From: Mobula hypostoma
Taxonomy: Eukaryota
Assembly (NCBI RefSeq): GCF_963921235.1
Contig: NC_086097.1
Location: 79,114,001-79,178,000, forward strand
Reading direction: 5' to 3'
DNA length: 64,000 nucleotides
A program made the translations under genes and the position numbers. Below the pieces are notes generated by a model. The model saw nothing but the letters and a program-made list of their open reading frames with translations. It had not been told where the DNA came from and did no database searches. Positions 46,876 through 60,800 of this stretch are shown one piece after another; the first letter of the stretch is position 1, and every line of letters begins with the position of its first letter.

Positions 46876-49800
46876 ATAAGTGACACCTCAGTTAGAGTTT
46901 TTAGTGAGATTTCATTAATATTTCCATGGTTCTAAACAAAAATTCTAATTTTCAGGGAAATCTGGAGTTCTTCTGAGAAAGTTAAAGATGATATTCCTTC
47001 ACCACAATCCTGGGGTCAAATCTGGAACATTACACTATAAAGCTATATTAGTCATTGTGGTGCAGGAAGTTCACCCTCAACATCTTCGAGATTAACAGGA
47101 CTCTGCAGTGATCTGTATCTCATCTTCATCTGGTTTTATACAAGATCCAAAACTTACATTTTTGTTTGTTTGGTACATTTTCAGAAAATACATTTTCATG
47201 TTTTGGGATCCACATTTGTGAGAGATACATGTCATTTTAATTTTAAATCTGTTATTTTCTCTCTATTTTTTTCATGCCCTGTTTCTGAATATTTTTGTTG
47301 CAATTTTTATAATCAACTATGAAGACCACATTTGGCCTTTAATTTTCCCATTTCCTCCTGACATTTTTTTACCATTAAGGGTTATTAATCAGGTAGTTAG
47401 GAATTCCTCTCCCCATAATTTCTCTCAACTTTTGACCTTCTTTAAAATTATCCCAAATGAAAGAAGTATGCAGGAAGACTATAGTTTCTCCAATGTTTGT
47501 CTTTTTATGAGTCAGAAGAAATTATCTCCATCGTATGCAATGTGCGGTTGAAAAGTGCCTTCACTGTTTCAAAAAGCCGCCTTGAAGTGATAAGGAGGAG
47601 AACCAGCTGTGAACAGTGAAAGTTAACAAGGACAAAAATGACCAATAGATCAAAGATAATCACTTCTGAAAATGAGAAAAAAAAGAACTGTGAACCATGC
47701 CTTTGTGACAATTACAGAAAAAAATGGTGAAAGACTATTAGACTGGGCAGATTAGAAATGAAGAAATAGGAATTGGGAAAAACAAGGCAATGTCAACTTA
47801 ATTTTTGTCCAGTTTTTTTTCTTGTCAAAACCCAGATCACTTGCATAGTGGTCAGCGGGCATGAGTCAGAATGAAGGATTATAGAATAGAGTAAGGCTAG
47901 GAAACACTTTGAACTTCATCTGTGGATGTATAGAAATTCAGTGAAAGTCTGTGAGAAAGGACAAAGATAAACAAGGTTATAAATGGTTTAGTGTGTATGC
48001 AGCAGAATCTAGAGCAAGCTGCAGTTTCTGCAGGATGGTGATTGAAGCTTTTGGGAAGCCAAGCGAACGGATGGCAGGAGGTAACAGGTGTTAAGAATGG
48101 GCATTGTGTTGATGGTTCAGCTGACAGATTCTGTGAGGTGGAAATGGATGATCATGGAATTGAGATGTTTAAAGCTGAGATCATAACATGTTGAGTTTTA
48201 CATCTCATGTTCATCCTTTAAATACTAATGGCTGAAGTCCATGCTTCCGTCTGCAACTTATTGCAGATTGTAGCTACAATTTATCTCAGCATGCACTCAT
48301 CAAATTATGTTTTTGTTTCCTTCAAAACTCATTCTTCTATGGACTGAAAAAGAGGCAAGGAATGCCCCGGTAAAGTTTTTGCTGGTTAATGACTAAAGAA
48401 CATAAATTCCTGGGTTCACAATTCTTACATGATTTTTTCTCTAAAATGTCAGCTATCTTTGTTGAGAAAACTGAGCAGTGTTCCACATCTTTCCATTTCA
48501 TCTGTTCGCCTTCTAATCTCAAATGCTTCCCTTTCCATCTTCAAATCTTCCTCTTCTTAGCTCTACTCTTTAGTCCTTCCTTCCAATCCTTTTTTTTCCC
48601 CTCCCAAATGCCTTGACAGAAATGTTTTTGTTTAAAGTTCTGTTGAATTCCATTTAGTGTCACATTTATAGTCACTTTATTTATAAAAAGTTGTAGCATG
48701 TCCTATACCTTGTATTTTGTCTGCACTTTCATTTAAGGTTACAATGAATAGGGAAAACAGGTTGGAGGATCTTTTGGTCTGCCCCGGGACAAGGTAAGTC
48801 AGGTCATTGTAAATACAGAATTCATAAGGTATCTTCAAAGGATCTCTAGCCCTTTGCCCCTGGAATTATTGAACCCACACATACCTGCAACCACTAGGCA
48901 TCAAATTGTGAAAGCATTTGCAATATATTCATCTACTTCTTAGTACTTTCAATCAATCCCATGTATTGTCAATGCAAGACAATATGTTTATTTTCATATG
49001 CATTTAATAATAGTTTCTGTTTCCTCTATTTGTGAATCTTTTGGCTGCAGACTAAGAGAAAGTATCAAACTGGCTTCGCAGTCCTTCTCACTATCCAGTT
49101 GCACTTGTAGAAACCACATTTGTAAGCTGATTGGATGAGGACAAGTGTGGTTCTGATGAGCATCTTGCATTGTTACCAGCAGCCTCCTCCAGTGAGAAGA
49201 CCTGTGTAAACATTGGTTAGTAACAGAATTAAACTTGACTCTCACACTTCCACAGTTGAGGAGACTGAAAATACTTACTGGACAAGCCACCAGGCAGGTA
49301 TTAATAGCTGTGCCTATTTTTATTTTTTTTTCAACAAATCATATTTCCCAACTGTTGCCACTAATTTTTTTCACGAGTCTTCTATTAAATATTGACACCT
49401 GCTGCGGTAAGGTCTTTGACCTGAAACACTAACTCTGTCTGTCCTGCTAAATATCTCCAACATGTTGATTTTATTTCCAGCATCTGCAATTTTTCTTTTG
49501 CTTTTGGATACCTGAATTGGAATGCTCATGCGTCTCACCCAAGTGGTTATAGTTTATCTAGAAGCTGCAATAGATCATTCCCAAAAATTGAGAGGGTGGT
49601 GGGCATTGGGGCCATCAATGACAAACATGATCTTTAATTTAAGTGCAATTTGAACTAGTTTCAGGAAGGCAATAAAAAGTGGGAATCCTGGCTAATAATT
49701 CCTCATGAAATTAAGAGCATTGAAACCACCAATTTCAAACTCCCCACCTCATCACTTGTGCACATGGACAACATGGTATAGTCAAGGGATTGAATGCGGG

Positions 49801-50796
49801 ATCATTCAGATTTGTACTGCTTTTACTATTTAAGGCAAGGAGAAGCAAATTCCAGCAAGGATTCCTGCAGCATCTTTGTTTTCTGCTCCAACTAATCCTA
49901 TCTTGATACCAGTGGAATCAAGCAGAAGACACTGCTCTGGAGTAATGTATATTTTCTGCTCAATTCCAGTGCTATCAAGAATATAAGCAAAGTTTTTGCT
50001 AATAGTAAAAATGCACCCACCTGCCAAGTTTATTCTGCTGATTATCATTTCAGGTGAACAACTTAAAAGAGAACCCAGCTAATATTCCCAACTCCCTACT
50101 CTGCTTGCTGCAAGTCTCAATGGCAACATCAGTTGAGTGAAGATAGGCCAGAGATGAGAGATAAGCCAGCTGCCCCCTTTAATTATTATAATGCTCCTTT
50201 AATTACACTCAAAATTGCAGGCCAACTTTAACTTGCACTGAGTAACAATTAGAGGAAAGCAAGTCCGAATGCATCAGTTATTTGCATTTGATATTTACAT
50301 GCAGAATACACATTAAAGTGGTAATAATAAAAACTCAAAACAATACTTAGAAGAATAAAGTGCATTAACAATAATTTGGAAAAATAAATAGTGACGTAAG
50401 GGTCAGGCTTTCTCTCTTGTCTGAGATTGCACTGAAAGGCATTATTGATGTGAGTATAGATGTTAGAGACTTTAGATTGTTGTCAGATACATCTTCATAG
50501 AAGAGTTACAGGCAGAGAAGATTACAACCTGGTATCCATCCCACTTTTGTATCCAAAGTCCATCATATTCACTCATTCTTCCAGTGACACACCTGAAAGT
50601 CAGTGGATGTATTTCTCTTAATGTGCCAGTCAGAAAAGTAACACACAGGAAATGTTTACATATTCAAGACCATCTTTTCTGTTGACGTAGAACTACTTAG
50701 AGAAGACCAACTATGATGAGACTGAAGATCATTGAAATAGTTTCCCAGTTCATTGCTTGTGTTCTACTGTCCAACTGAGGGTGTTTGGACAGACTT

Positions 50797-50924
50797 TTAT
50801 GATACTTGCTTGATTGCCCGAATCCACTCTGATCTTTCAGCGTGGGAGCCAGCTTGTATATAATAATGCACATCATTTGTCGTTATGATCTTGAAGAGAT
50901 TGCCCTGAACGTTCCCCTTTATTC
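50797..50924 (-). CDS. PLEK2: Pleckstrin-2 last coding exon: (G)IKGNVQGNLFKIITTNDVHYYIQAGSHAERSEWIRAIKQVS*
   Basis: TTTCAG acceptor, 128 nt to TAA; matches the PLEK2 C-terminal PH domain (KGNVQGNLFK). Confidence 0.95.
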
Positions 50925-51014
50925 CTGAAATATTAACAAAGGTAAATATTTATATCTACTACATAGAAAAACATTTCATTGTGTGGCCCAAGTTCTCGAA
51001 TTTAAAAATATTTA

Positions 51015-51225
51015 AGGGTAGCACTGTGGGACGGTTAATAAAGTTGACTTGCAGTCCTAGTGACCCAACTTCACTCCTGACTTCTGGTGACCACTATGAA
51101 TTGTCCCTAGTGTGTGAAGGGGTTGGGGATGAGAATATGGGTGGAATAAATGGGACTGGGGTAGGATCTGTGTAAATCAGTGTTTGATGATAACTGTAGA
51201 CCTGGTTTCTGTGTTGTAGTACTCT
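51015..51225 (+). mobile_element. Decayed tRNA-derived SINE
   Basis: GGGTAGCACTGTGG...GCAGTCCTAGTGACCC...TCCTGAC...AATTGTCCCTAGTGTG. Confidence 0.5.
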
Positions 51226-52769
51226 AAATCTACTTACATTAGTCATAATCAACATTCATTAATTTTTGGATTCCATGGGGATTTGAAAGATATCTAAATA
51301 ATGCAATATATTGGAAATACTCAGCTGGTAAGCCAGTACCTACGGGCAAAGAGGTGAAGATTTCAGATCAATGATCTTGCATCAGAACTAGGAAAATTAG
51401 AAGTTGAACACGTTTTAGATTAGTGAGTCGAAGAGAAATCAGGGAAAGTCTATGATTCAAGTACTTTGATTCATCTTTGTTGTTAGAGTGCACTTCTCCC
51501 TTAATACTTTGGCTGAAACCAGTCCCTGCACTAGCATAGTTACCACAGTCACAATGATAAAGTTCATAAACTTTTAAAGTACATTTATTGTTCCTTATGA
51601 AATATTTAAATTTTGCATTTTGCAATAATGCTTTCGTGTAGTTATATTGAGATTGATGGAAGTCAACATAACCTTTGGACACTAAATGCTACTAGCAACT
51701 ATTGTTTGTTGTATTGACTCTTAGTTTAATATTTGTTTTTTTTATTTGTTCTTTGGGCATACATGCCTCCAGCAAGGTTACAAATAATTTCTTTAGATGC
51801 TTTAAGAAAGAAAGTCATGGTGAAGTGGGAATTCATCTCGCATCATGACACAACACATATTTTTGATGGGTCGGCTGAGAACCTCTGGAGGGGTTCCTGC
51901 CCCGCTATGTGCTCGTGCATTGTAGCAAGGTAATACAGAATGTGTTGGAGGGCAAGTGGTGCATCAGACCTCTCATTCTCTCTCTGGAATCACTTGCATA
52001 CATTGTTGGTTTCTGATGAACCCAAGCCAAGAGGCTAAATATAAAGATGTAGAACAGAATAAGGCCATTTGGCCCATTGAGTTGGTTCTGCTTTATGCTC
52101 TGTATCTATTTCCCTGCTTTTAAAAACCCAGGACCGGTGTGTCTAACTCAGTACTATTCTTTCCAATGGATTCATGTCTGAATGCAAAAAGATGAACAGG
52201 CAAGTGCTTTTTTTGTTTTTTTTTAATCTTGTATACCTTTTCATTGTAGTTCTTTAACATTATTTAAATATTTTAATTCTTTTTAAACTTCCTCTGATTA
52301 TCAAGGTCATCAGAAATTGTGCAGCTACAACAGACAAGTACAGGTCAGCCAATAACCCAGGGAGTAATAGCCATTGTGAAGTCTGGATCATGCACGATCT
52401 GGCCCCAATAATTTTCTTAACAAATGAATGGCTTGCAAGGAAGTTATTAAGATTCAGTGAACCTGCAGTCACCCCCTCCAAGCCAGCCTGGGGAGATGTT
52501 CTGGAATGCATTTCTCTAATGAAAGCAATTGAACTTTAATGATAAACTAAAACAATTCATAATCATTTTTCTTTCTAGTGGCTACTCATAAATTACCATG
52601 ATCTTTGTAGTTGAATTGGAACTTGATTAAATGTAGTCCAGCATTTTAACCACTGGAGTACTATATTCTTTGAAGCAATTCATAATGGTTGCTCAAAATA
52701 TCCATGCCCAGTTTGCAGAATTTTAACTCTATCATAACCTGTTTCTAATACCAAGAAGACAAACCTCAC

Positions 52770-52851
52770 CTGGTGGAATTCCATTGTCTTCCAATGCAGA
52801 TACCAAGCAACCTCGAAGTGACATACCTCCAACTGGTTCATTATTTTTTTC
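52770..52851 (-). CDS. PLEK2: PLEK2 exon: EKNNEPVGGMSLRGCLVSALEDNGIPP(G)
   Basis: AATAG acceptor, 82 nt, GTGAG donor; human equivalent EENRPVGGFSLRGSLVSALEDNGVPTG. Confidence 0.94.
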
Positions 52852-53330
52852 CTATTGATGCAAAACAGTTATTGCAAGTCAGTGGGTGGCAAAAACTTAA
52901 AGTAATTAGGTAGACACATTAAAAGTGCCAGGAACAAATGTTGGGTCTGAATTATACTTTAACTTCCTTTGCACACGTTATATTTTCTCCACTACAATAA
53001 TTGTTTCAGGTTTCCTTGTGAAGTTACTGTGACTGAGTTAAATTTTCACATGTTCTTTCTTTACCATTGATGAATCTCCTCATCTAGCCATCCAACATCA
53101 ATAATCAGTATTAAATAAAGATCTAAAGTGATGCAGCACAGAAACCTCAATTCATGATTGAAGCATCAAATAATTTGTCCCCATCTAGATTTGGATAGAG
53201 ATCTGGATTTGGCTGTCAATGTAAAGAGGGAAATGTAGAGATGTGTAGGCACAACTCCCTTCTCCTGATCCTGAGGTGGCATGATAGAAGCAGAAAGCTA
53301 TTCTCACTGTAAACAGCAGATAGCACATAC

Positions 53331-53414
53331 CTTGCAGGGATCATAGTAATGTAGATGTGAAGGATCTTCCCTCAGAACAAATCTTCTCACTTTCCAGTTC
53401 TTTCTTTTGTGTCC
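53331..53414 (-). CDS. PLEK2: PLEK2 exon: GHKRKNWKVRRFVLREDPSHLHYYDPCK
   Basis: CTTAG acceptor, 84 nt, GTATGT donor. Confidence 0.96.
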
Positions 53415-54705
53415 CTAAGCACCACACACAAAAATCATGTTTAGGAATTTGAAAAATGTGCCGGTAAAGAACAACAATATTTAACAGATATTATTTTCTT
53501 CAAGGTTTATTGTTGGTCAATGATGTTCTGTGACACCCAAGCTTGCTAGGTTTGTCTAAGAAATTTTTACAGGTTATAGTATTCAGAACTTATACACATA
53601 TTACAAGTAAAAGCTAAGCAGATTTAGGAATGTAACACCATGCACTCTGACAAACACTAAATCAGTTCCCACACTGACCCTTCTAACAACATTAGGAATA
53701 ACCTTGTCTTTGAGCAACAGTCTACAGAAGTTTTATGACTGGTCAATTTTTTAGGCCAAACACTCTTTAGGAATATGTGGTCCCCTAGATTGGAGCTATC
53801 TCGACACTCTCGGAACCTACATTTAGGTCCCCACATACTCCATCTTTAGTGATCCCCTAATCTTTCTCTTGTAGGTATTGTCTTCCTTGCCAAGGATGTT
53901 GGCCTCATGCTCATGTAGACCAAGGTTTGGCCTATATAAAAAAAACACAATCAAAACAAGGCCAATTCAAACTAACCAATCAGGAATATACAATTCAGAT
54001 CCAGCCAATCAGGATCGAGCATTATGCTCTGTCCATGCCCTGCTCACTGGAGAGGGTATATAAGGTGTCTGTAGGTGGACTTGTCATTTGATGAGCTTGT
54101 ATTTGAGGAAGATGGTTGGGTTCACTGGTGAAATGGGCAATTAGTTTCTGTAAGTATGTGACTGTTAAGGCCAAAAGATAGTATGGCTAGATTTGAGCAA
54201 CAGTGTGACATTAACAATACCATTAAACATTTCCTTCAATTATTGTTCCATTGAAAGGGCAGAACTGGAACTACATACTAAACTAACCATTACTACCACT
54301 CCACTACTTCCTGAGATGTGATGACAGATAATTAGCAGAACTCTTCCAAGGTACACCTCAAAGTAGTCATCCTTTATATAGAAACAGGCTGTCCAATGAG
54401 TTCCCACCATTTCCTTATCTGATACATGCGTGTTTTCACTTTGTACCCAGTGATCACTGGTCACTGGTTAACATTTCCCATGACCTGGTAGATCAGCACT
54501 GACTGGGAATTGCACCATAATGTTTCAGGTCTGGATTACTGAATTAGTTTAAAACTAAAGCAGTTAACATATCAATTCAAACACTTGCACTCATGTATCA
54601 GGAGGAGGTAATTAAAAAATGATAATCTTAGATTTTCCATTTATTTCACAATATTCACACATCAAGCCAAATGAACTATGTAAACCTGAAACCTAACTAC
54701 CTTAC

Positions 54706-54807
54706 CTGTTTCATCAAAAACCCCTGCTTAACAATCTTGCCACTGAGATCCATGTGAGGTATTTCAATGTTATCGCTTGAATTATCTGTCTTCTTCAAAC
54801 TTTTTGC
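54706..54807 (-). CDS. PLEK2: PLEK2 exon: AKSLKKTDNSSDNIEIPHMDLSGKIVKQGFLMKQ
   Basis: TGTAG acceptor, 102 nt, GTAAG donor; start of the C-terminal PH domain. Confidence 0.93.
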
Positions 54808-54919
54808 CTACAGGAAATGCAAAATACTATAGTTTCAAAATTCGAACCAAGCGACCTACACATATTTCACAAAGAGTTAATAGAGTAATGAGTTTGCACT
54901 TCAGACACAGCATGGAGAC

Positions 54920-57111
54920 TGTTTATGTTTTGTATCTCTAGAAACTAATCGGAAAAAAAACACAGGACCCAGGATCTTGCCTACTTTGTCTTTCTTTAGT
55001 GAGCTGCCCATATATGATGCGGCAGCATAATGATGTACACCATTCAGGTTCTTACATCTAACCAAGAATGAATTGTGTGAACAAAGAATGTTTAATTAAT
55101 TTATTTACAATATTACTCATATTATTGAGATATTGAATACACTACAATGCACCCTGCTTAGCTATAAATTCCAACTCAATATAGAATGCATCTCAACTCA
55201 TATGTAATATATTGCTCTTTAGTCTCACACACACACAACACTACTATACAGACATCCATAGCATAGTTCAGCATAGTAAATTTTAGATTGTCCCATTCAA
55301 GCCTCATGATTTAAATCACTGAGGAGGATTTTGTACCCTTGTTGGGGTGGCGGGGCTGGGGTTACTCTGTTTGGAGATGAGACTTGAGCTGTGAAACGAT
55401 CTCAGGTTCTGGGGCCTCCTCCATGGTGATTGTAGGAGTAAACTCTGGGACGACAGGCAGTGGTTCTGACAGCTCTGGACCTCTTTCTTCTCTAACAATT
55501 GACTCTGCAGTCCTCAACTAATCGATGTGTCATCTCCAGATGACATTACAATCTCCACTGTGTAGGAGGGTGGTCCAGTTCTGTCCTTAATCTTGCCAAG
55601 TACACACTTTTGATCACCTCTGCAGTTCGTCGCTGGACTGCTTGTCCAGGAGTGAAACATCGAACCTCCCCGCCTGAGGAGCCCTCAGTTTGTCTCAGTC
55701 CTGCAAACTCCTTCTGAGACTGGGTTTGAGCAGATCCAAGTGTGATTGCAAGGGATGACTCAGGAACAGCATAGCTGGTGAGTGTGAGTGTGCTGCATTG
55801 CGAAATGCAAAGAGGAAATTGGTGAGCTTCTGATTCAGTATAGTGTGTTCTGCCGACATTGCTCACAGTGTATTCATCAGACTCCGAACAAACCCTTCCG
55901 TCAAACCATTTGTAGCTGGGTGGCATGGTGCAGAGGTAATAGGTCTTATTCCATTCATTTTCATTTTCAGGTATGACTGAAACTGTTCTGCCACAAACCA
56001 GTGTAAGTTCTTTGCTGGATATCTGCAGGCTTCAGCTCAGTATCTTAGAAATGCCATTCAAACTCATTTTGTGGAATGACTGAAACAGCCGAGCCAGTGT
56101 CCAAATCCATTTTAATTAATTTGCCATTTACTTCTGCTGTAAGCCATATTGCTCGTCTCCTGTTAGTTTTCACATTATAAATCTTAAAGCTGCGCAGTCC
56201 TGTGTCACTGTCATCATTATCTGATTTTTTTTATTAAATGAACAGCATGCAGATAAGTGCTCTTTTTGAAACTGCAACTTGACTTTTTTAATCTTTTCCT
56301 CTTCCCTGTGAAATCCATTTGTTTTCGTCTGCCCAAAATGGTTTTTATATATGTCCTATTTTGTGGCATGTTCTGCAAGTTTCACCTTTAAATCTGCATT
56401 GATCTGGTGAATGTCAGCCCCTGAAGAAAGGTAAAACAATTCGTTCGGCCAGGCAACTTCCTGTTGCAATGTTGTCATTTTATTATGCTCACTTTCATTC
56501 CCAACTGCAACTCAGTTGTGTCCTTCTCTAGCTGCTGTTTCCACCCATTGCACTCAGCAATACGGGCACTCATTATTCATTGGCTTTTTCATTCTCTTCA
56601 AAATATTGCTCAATTCATTCAGTATAAATCATCCAGCTATCTGTTGTGCAAATGAACACGATATCTTTCCAATGTAGTCAGCCAATTTCTGTTTTTATAG
56701 AATTTACTGCTATCATCCAGTACACATTGTTTATCAATCCATGGTCGTACTTGTGGCTTATTGGTTTCATTCATTTTCTGGCTTTTTAAAAAAACTTGAA
56801 CGGCTCTCTCCCTTTCCGAAGAAAAATGTGCTGTGCTTTAACAGGCAGGTAGTCAACTAGAGTTTGTTTTAAAAATTCCTCATTGTGACTGTAATGTTTC
56901 CGAACTTTCAGAAACCAATCAAAAGAAAAGCATAGGAGCCAGGATCCTGTCTACTTAGTTTTTCCTTAGTGGGGCGCCCACATATGACATACGCCATTCA
57001 CATACTTCTTACATATAAACCCCAAAATGAATTATGTAAACAAAGAAAGCTCAATCAAACAATATATTCACAGTATTACTCAAATATTACTGAGATATTG
57101 AATACACTACA
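54920..57111 (-). mobile_element. Internally deleted Gypsy LTR retrotransposon with both LTRs (54920-55146 and 56890-57111)
   Basis: Two diverged ~225-bp TGT...ACA direct repeats ending GAGATATTGAATACACTACA; flanks GAGAC/AAGAC. Minus strand remnants CRTCHKIGH (zinc knuckle), MDLDTGSAVSVIP (protease) and SAPCHPATNGL (integrase); no RT. Confidence 0.85.
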
Positions 57112-58624
57112 AAGACAATGCCCATTGAAGCTAATCTGGCATGTAATGAGTGTAAAGGACTGTTAATAGTAACCAATACAAGTAGAATCATTAATGACCC
57201 TTCTTTATTTCACCTATCCACTGATGATCCTACCAGTTTTTCCACTTTATAATACAAAATCAATTGTGTGTTTTAATAGTAGCAGGATCAGCCATGCTGC
57301 CACTAAGACTAAATATTTAAACAAAATGATAAAGGAAGCAAAGAGAAGATGAGTTATTTATTTCACATGAGGTTACGTTCTCATGTGTGCCATTTGAACT
57401 TGAAATTTGCAGGGTAACGGATAAGGATTAAGGTGTAGAAGTCAGCACAGGCAAGAGAGCCTGAATGGCCTCCTTTATACTCTTTGAAACTATGATCTCC
57501 ACCCCACAAATATAACTGATGTACACATTGGATATTTCCATTCACTGACTTGCCCACCAGATGAAATAATTAACACGAGTTGTACGAATTACAATTTTTC
57601 AACCTCAGCAACAACAAAAAATTCTTTAGAACATGCAAGGGAAAACAAAGCAACAAGAAAAGACGTGACTTTAGAACTGAGAGAAGATAGTGTTTGGAAT
57701 CTAACTGTATTAGTCATGCCTCATCTGACACGACCAAATATTCTAACTCCCCACCAATAGTTACCTTCTCAACAATGCCTGTGGAATAAATAGATTGCAG
57801 CCAACAAATGTTCCTGGATCGAGGATCAATTACATCAATCTGCACCATCAACTTCGATTCCCTTCTCACACAGATGCCCCCTGACCTAATGAGCATCATT
57901 TTTAATTCATGCAGTACATTTACAGCAACTACTGTGTTCTGTGTCCCGCAGTTCAACATTATTTACTTCCACCCAAACTGCATCCCTACCTTTCCTGCCT
58001 GTCCTCATTCATTTCTTTCTACTTGCATTCCCAGCATACTGATCAGATGTAAAGAACAAGCCTTCCCCACCCTCGTATCGCTCACATTCGAGTCAAGTGG
58101 TCTCCACCCAATCACAAATATTCCTGGTTTTCCCTCTATTCATTTCCCTTCTCTGCAACTTAAAACATGTTCAATTTCTATAATTTTCCTTTTTTGAACG
58201 ATATTCATTCTGTTTGCCCCTCCACAATTGTTTCCCTGCTCCCAATTCAAACAGAATCTGTTAGGTGACAACCATTAGTAGCCACAACAGCCAGTTCCGT
58301 AGCCAGTCAGTCAATGAGTTGGATCCCAATTGCAAGGGTGAAGATGGAATGTAATTATGTCACTAAACCTGTGGTTGTTCTGCAGGGACAGTCACTGATA
58401 TAATGGAGCAGGGGCTCAAGGTGTTACTCAAATTGTAAAACACAGTATTCTCTCTGGCTGCTGCCTGCAGTGCCTGATAGACTTGCACCTTATCTGGGGC
58501 AATTCAGGTGGGCTGGCATCCTGAACTATGCAAGGGACACCACAGCAGTAGCAAAACCACTGTGGAAGAGAAAATGAATGCACAAAACCAGAAAAACCAC
58601 TGCTGTGCAGTGCAGGAAACTTAC

Positions 58625-58812
58625 AAAACAATACAGTGCTGTGGAATCATCAAGGAACTGCTCTGTGCTGACGACATTCAATCTGGCCTTTGTGCTTTTA
58701 TCTCCAACTGGTTTGATGAGATCATCTTCGATTAGAAGGGAAGCTATAGTAACGGCATTTGAACGGGAATGGGCTATGTTTCTGGATACCAACCAGTCAA
58801 TCACTGTTGAAC
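58625..58812 (-). CDS. PLEK2: PLEK2 exon (DEP domain): (G)STVIDWLVSRNIAHSRSNAVTIASLLIEDDLIKPVGDKSTKARLNVVSTEQFLDDSTALYCF
   Basis: TGTAG acceptor, 188 nt, GTAAGT donor; EQFLDDSTALY is diagnostic for PLEK2. Confidence 0.95.
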
Positions 58813-60604
58813 CTACAGACAGGAAAAAAAATACGATATGAAATGATTAGTTCCTCTCACTAGAATGAGTCCAGAGACTTGCAAAGAGAACATTGCATTC
58901 AATAAAGAATCAAAGCTGTCCAACTTCATTGATTGAAGAGCGTGAGATTGTTTCCCAAGTAATTTGTAAAACCAGATTGGTAGAAAAACTGCACCTCCAA
59001 AGTAAATAACGTTTAGGAAAGGTCCCTGTATGAACAAGGTGAAAAACCAATGAGAAACCTCTCCCTGCTCCTTCACCTCCAACAAATGTTTGAGGCTTCC
59101 CTCAATGTTTGCAAGAAAGTTCTATCCAAATGTTTACAGATGCCGTCTACTCTCATTCCCTCCACTGCTTTAATCAAAATGATTATTATTGTGATCAAAG
59201 TGTAGAAAATATATTAAAAGCTAAATTAATATGCATCTTCTTATTCCATGATAGGGACATGGTTTGATCCTGACCTCAGATATTATGGGTTAACATTCAC
59301 ACATTCTCTCCTGCACCATCCGAGCTCCCCTCAGATGCTTGGTTTCCTGACATATTTCAGAACACATGTTGTTGGGTTAATCAGCTTCTTTAAATTAACC
59401 ATTGACCTACTGTAATGGGTAAAGAAAGGAATCGAGTGGGAATTGATGGGCATGTGCAAGAGGGAACATGTTGCAGCAATACTGGGAAATGAGGCGTGGG
59501 AAGGGAATGGAACTGATAACTTTCCTAGAAGTTGGCATGGACACAAAGAGCCAAATAATTATAGAAATAAGAAAAACTATAACACAACTAAGTTTTAATA
59601 ACAAATTCCTGCAAAATGCCTAAAATTCAGATCTTACATTTAAGCAAAATAACATTAATTTGAATTGGAAAATTACCAAAACAGTTTTATGCTCCTGTTC
59701 TTTCTTGTAGTGTTACCTTACTAAATCCTTATTTACATGGATTGGAGTATTGCGTCACTGGAGTGAACCAGGATGCAGATGTTTGTGGAAATCTGTCAGA
59801 CTCCAGCTGCATGCTGAACTTTTGTCTGGGCAAGTCTAGTGCTGGTCTTTTCAAGCATTTGTTCTCTCCCCACCCCCAAAAAAAGAAGTTCTCAGAACTG
59901 GCAGGGAGCAGTGAATCTAGACCAAATGCCTGGCAGCACTGCAGAGACAACAGGAGAAATTCAAAGCTGGCTGCTAGTTGAAGGACATGCAGACATTAAC
60001 AGTCATTCACTAGTGAAGATCATGCTAAGTGACTGGGTGTAAGGATTCTGAACCCACGCAGGTGAAAGAGAAAGAAGGTCCACCAAGAGGGACCCTGTCA
60101 ATCTTGTTCCAAGTTGCAATTAAATCATACCCCCTCCTCCAACATTTAGTAAGAGCTTTCCACCAACAATGAAATCCAGTTCTACATCCTGCCCTCCCAC
60201 TTACAATCACACTCACTTATCTGAGCAGTTTCTTGATTGGCTTTGTTTTGTTTTATCCCCAAAAAGCCATTCATTCAATCCCTCTTTATTCTGGTTTCTG
60301 GACTGCAATACCTAGTTAAGCCTTTAAACACCAAAATCAACTGAACTGCAAGAACTTGCTCATTTGTGTCATTTTTAAAATACAAATCGAATAGATGAAG
60401 CTAGGAAAATTACCATAAAGATTATCAATGGTAAAAATTTACATTTCAGTCTTTGATCATTCTGTTTCCTTCCAAGAATGGGGGTCACAGGAAAATATGT
60501 GGGCCAGTGGGATTGTTCTGAATGCTGGAATAGATTCTATGGCCTCCCTCTCTCTTTAAAGAAATATTAAAAATGTCGGATGGCTCATTTTGTGAAACCA
60601 TAGG

Positions 60605-60800
60605 CTGTTTGTTGTTCCCTTCCATGCCTTGTGCCGCAAGGGGGGGGGCAACCTTGCTGTTGCTGTAGCATTTTGTCTGTCGTTTTTTTTTGACAAGGTT
60701 GAGTTGCTAGCTCATTGCTCAACCCATCACGGATGGAAAGTGTGAAAGGAGCTGGCCGGATTCAAACCCAGGACCACTCGCCTCAAAGTCCTTTGCAAGT
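60605..60800 (-). mobile_element. tRNA-derived SINE related to 28385-28830
   Basis: Shared GAGTTGC...CTCAACCC..CAC/GGATGGAAAG block and CCTGGGTTTGAATCC B-box on the minus strand. Confidence 0.7.

Noticed and set aside
44650..50796. PLEK2 polyadenylation site
   Set aside because: Several minus-strand AATAAA candidates (near 50030, 48678 and 44685) cannot be discriminated without transcript data.
57780..58230. Possible Penelope GIY-YIG remnant
   Set aside because: Too degraded to support from the sequence alone.
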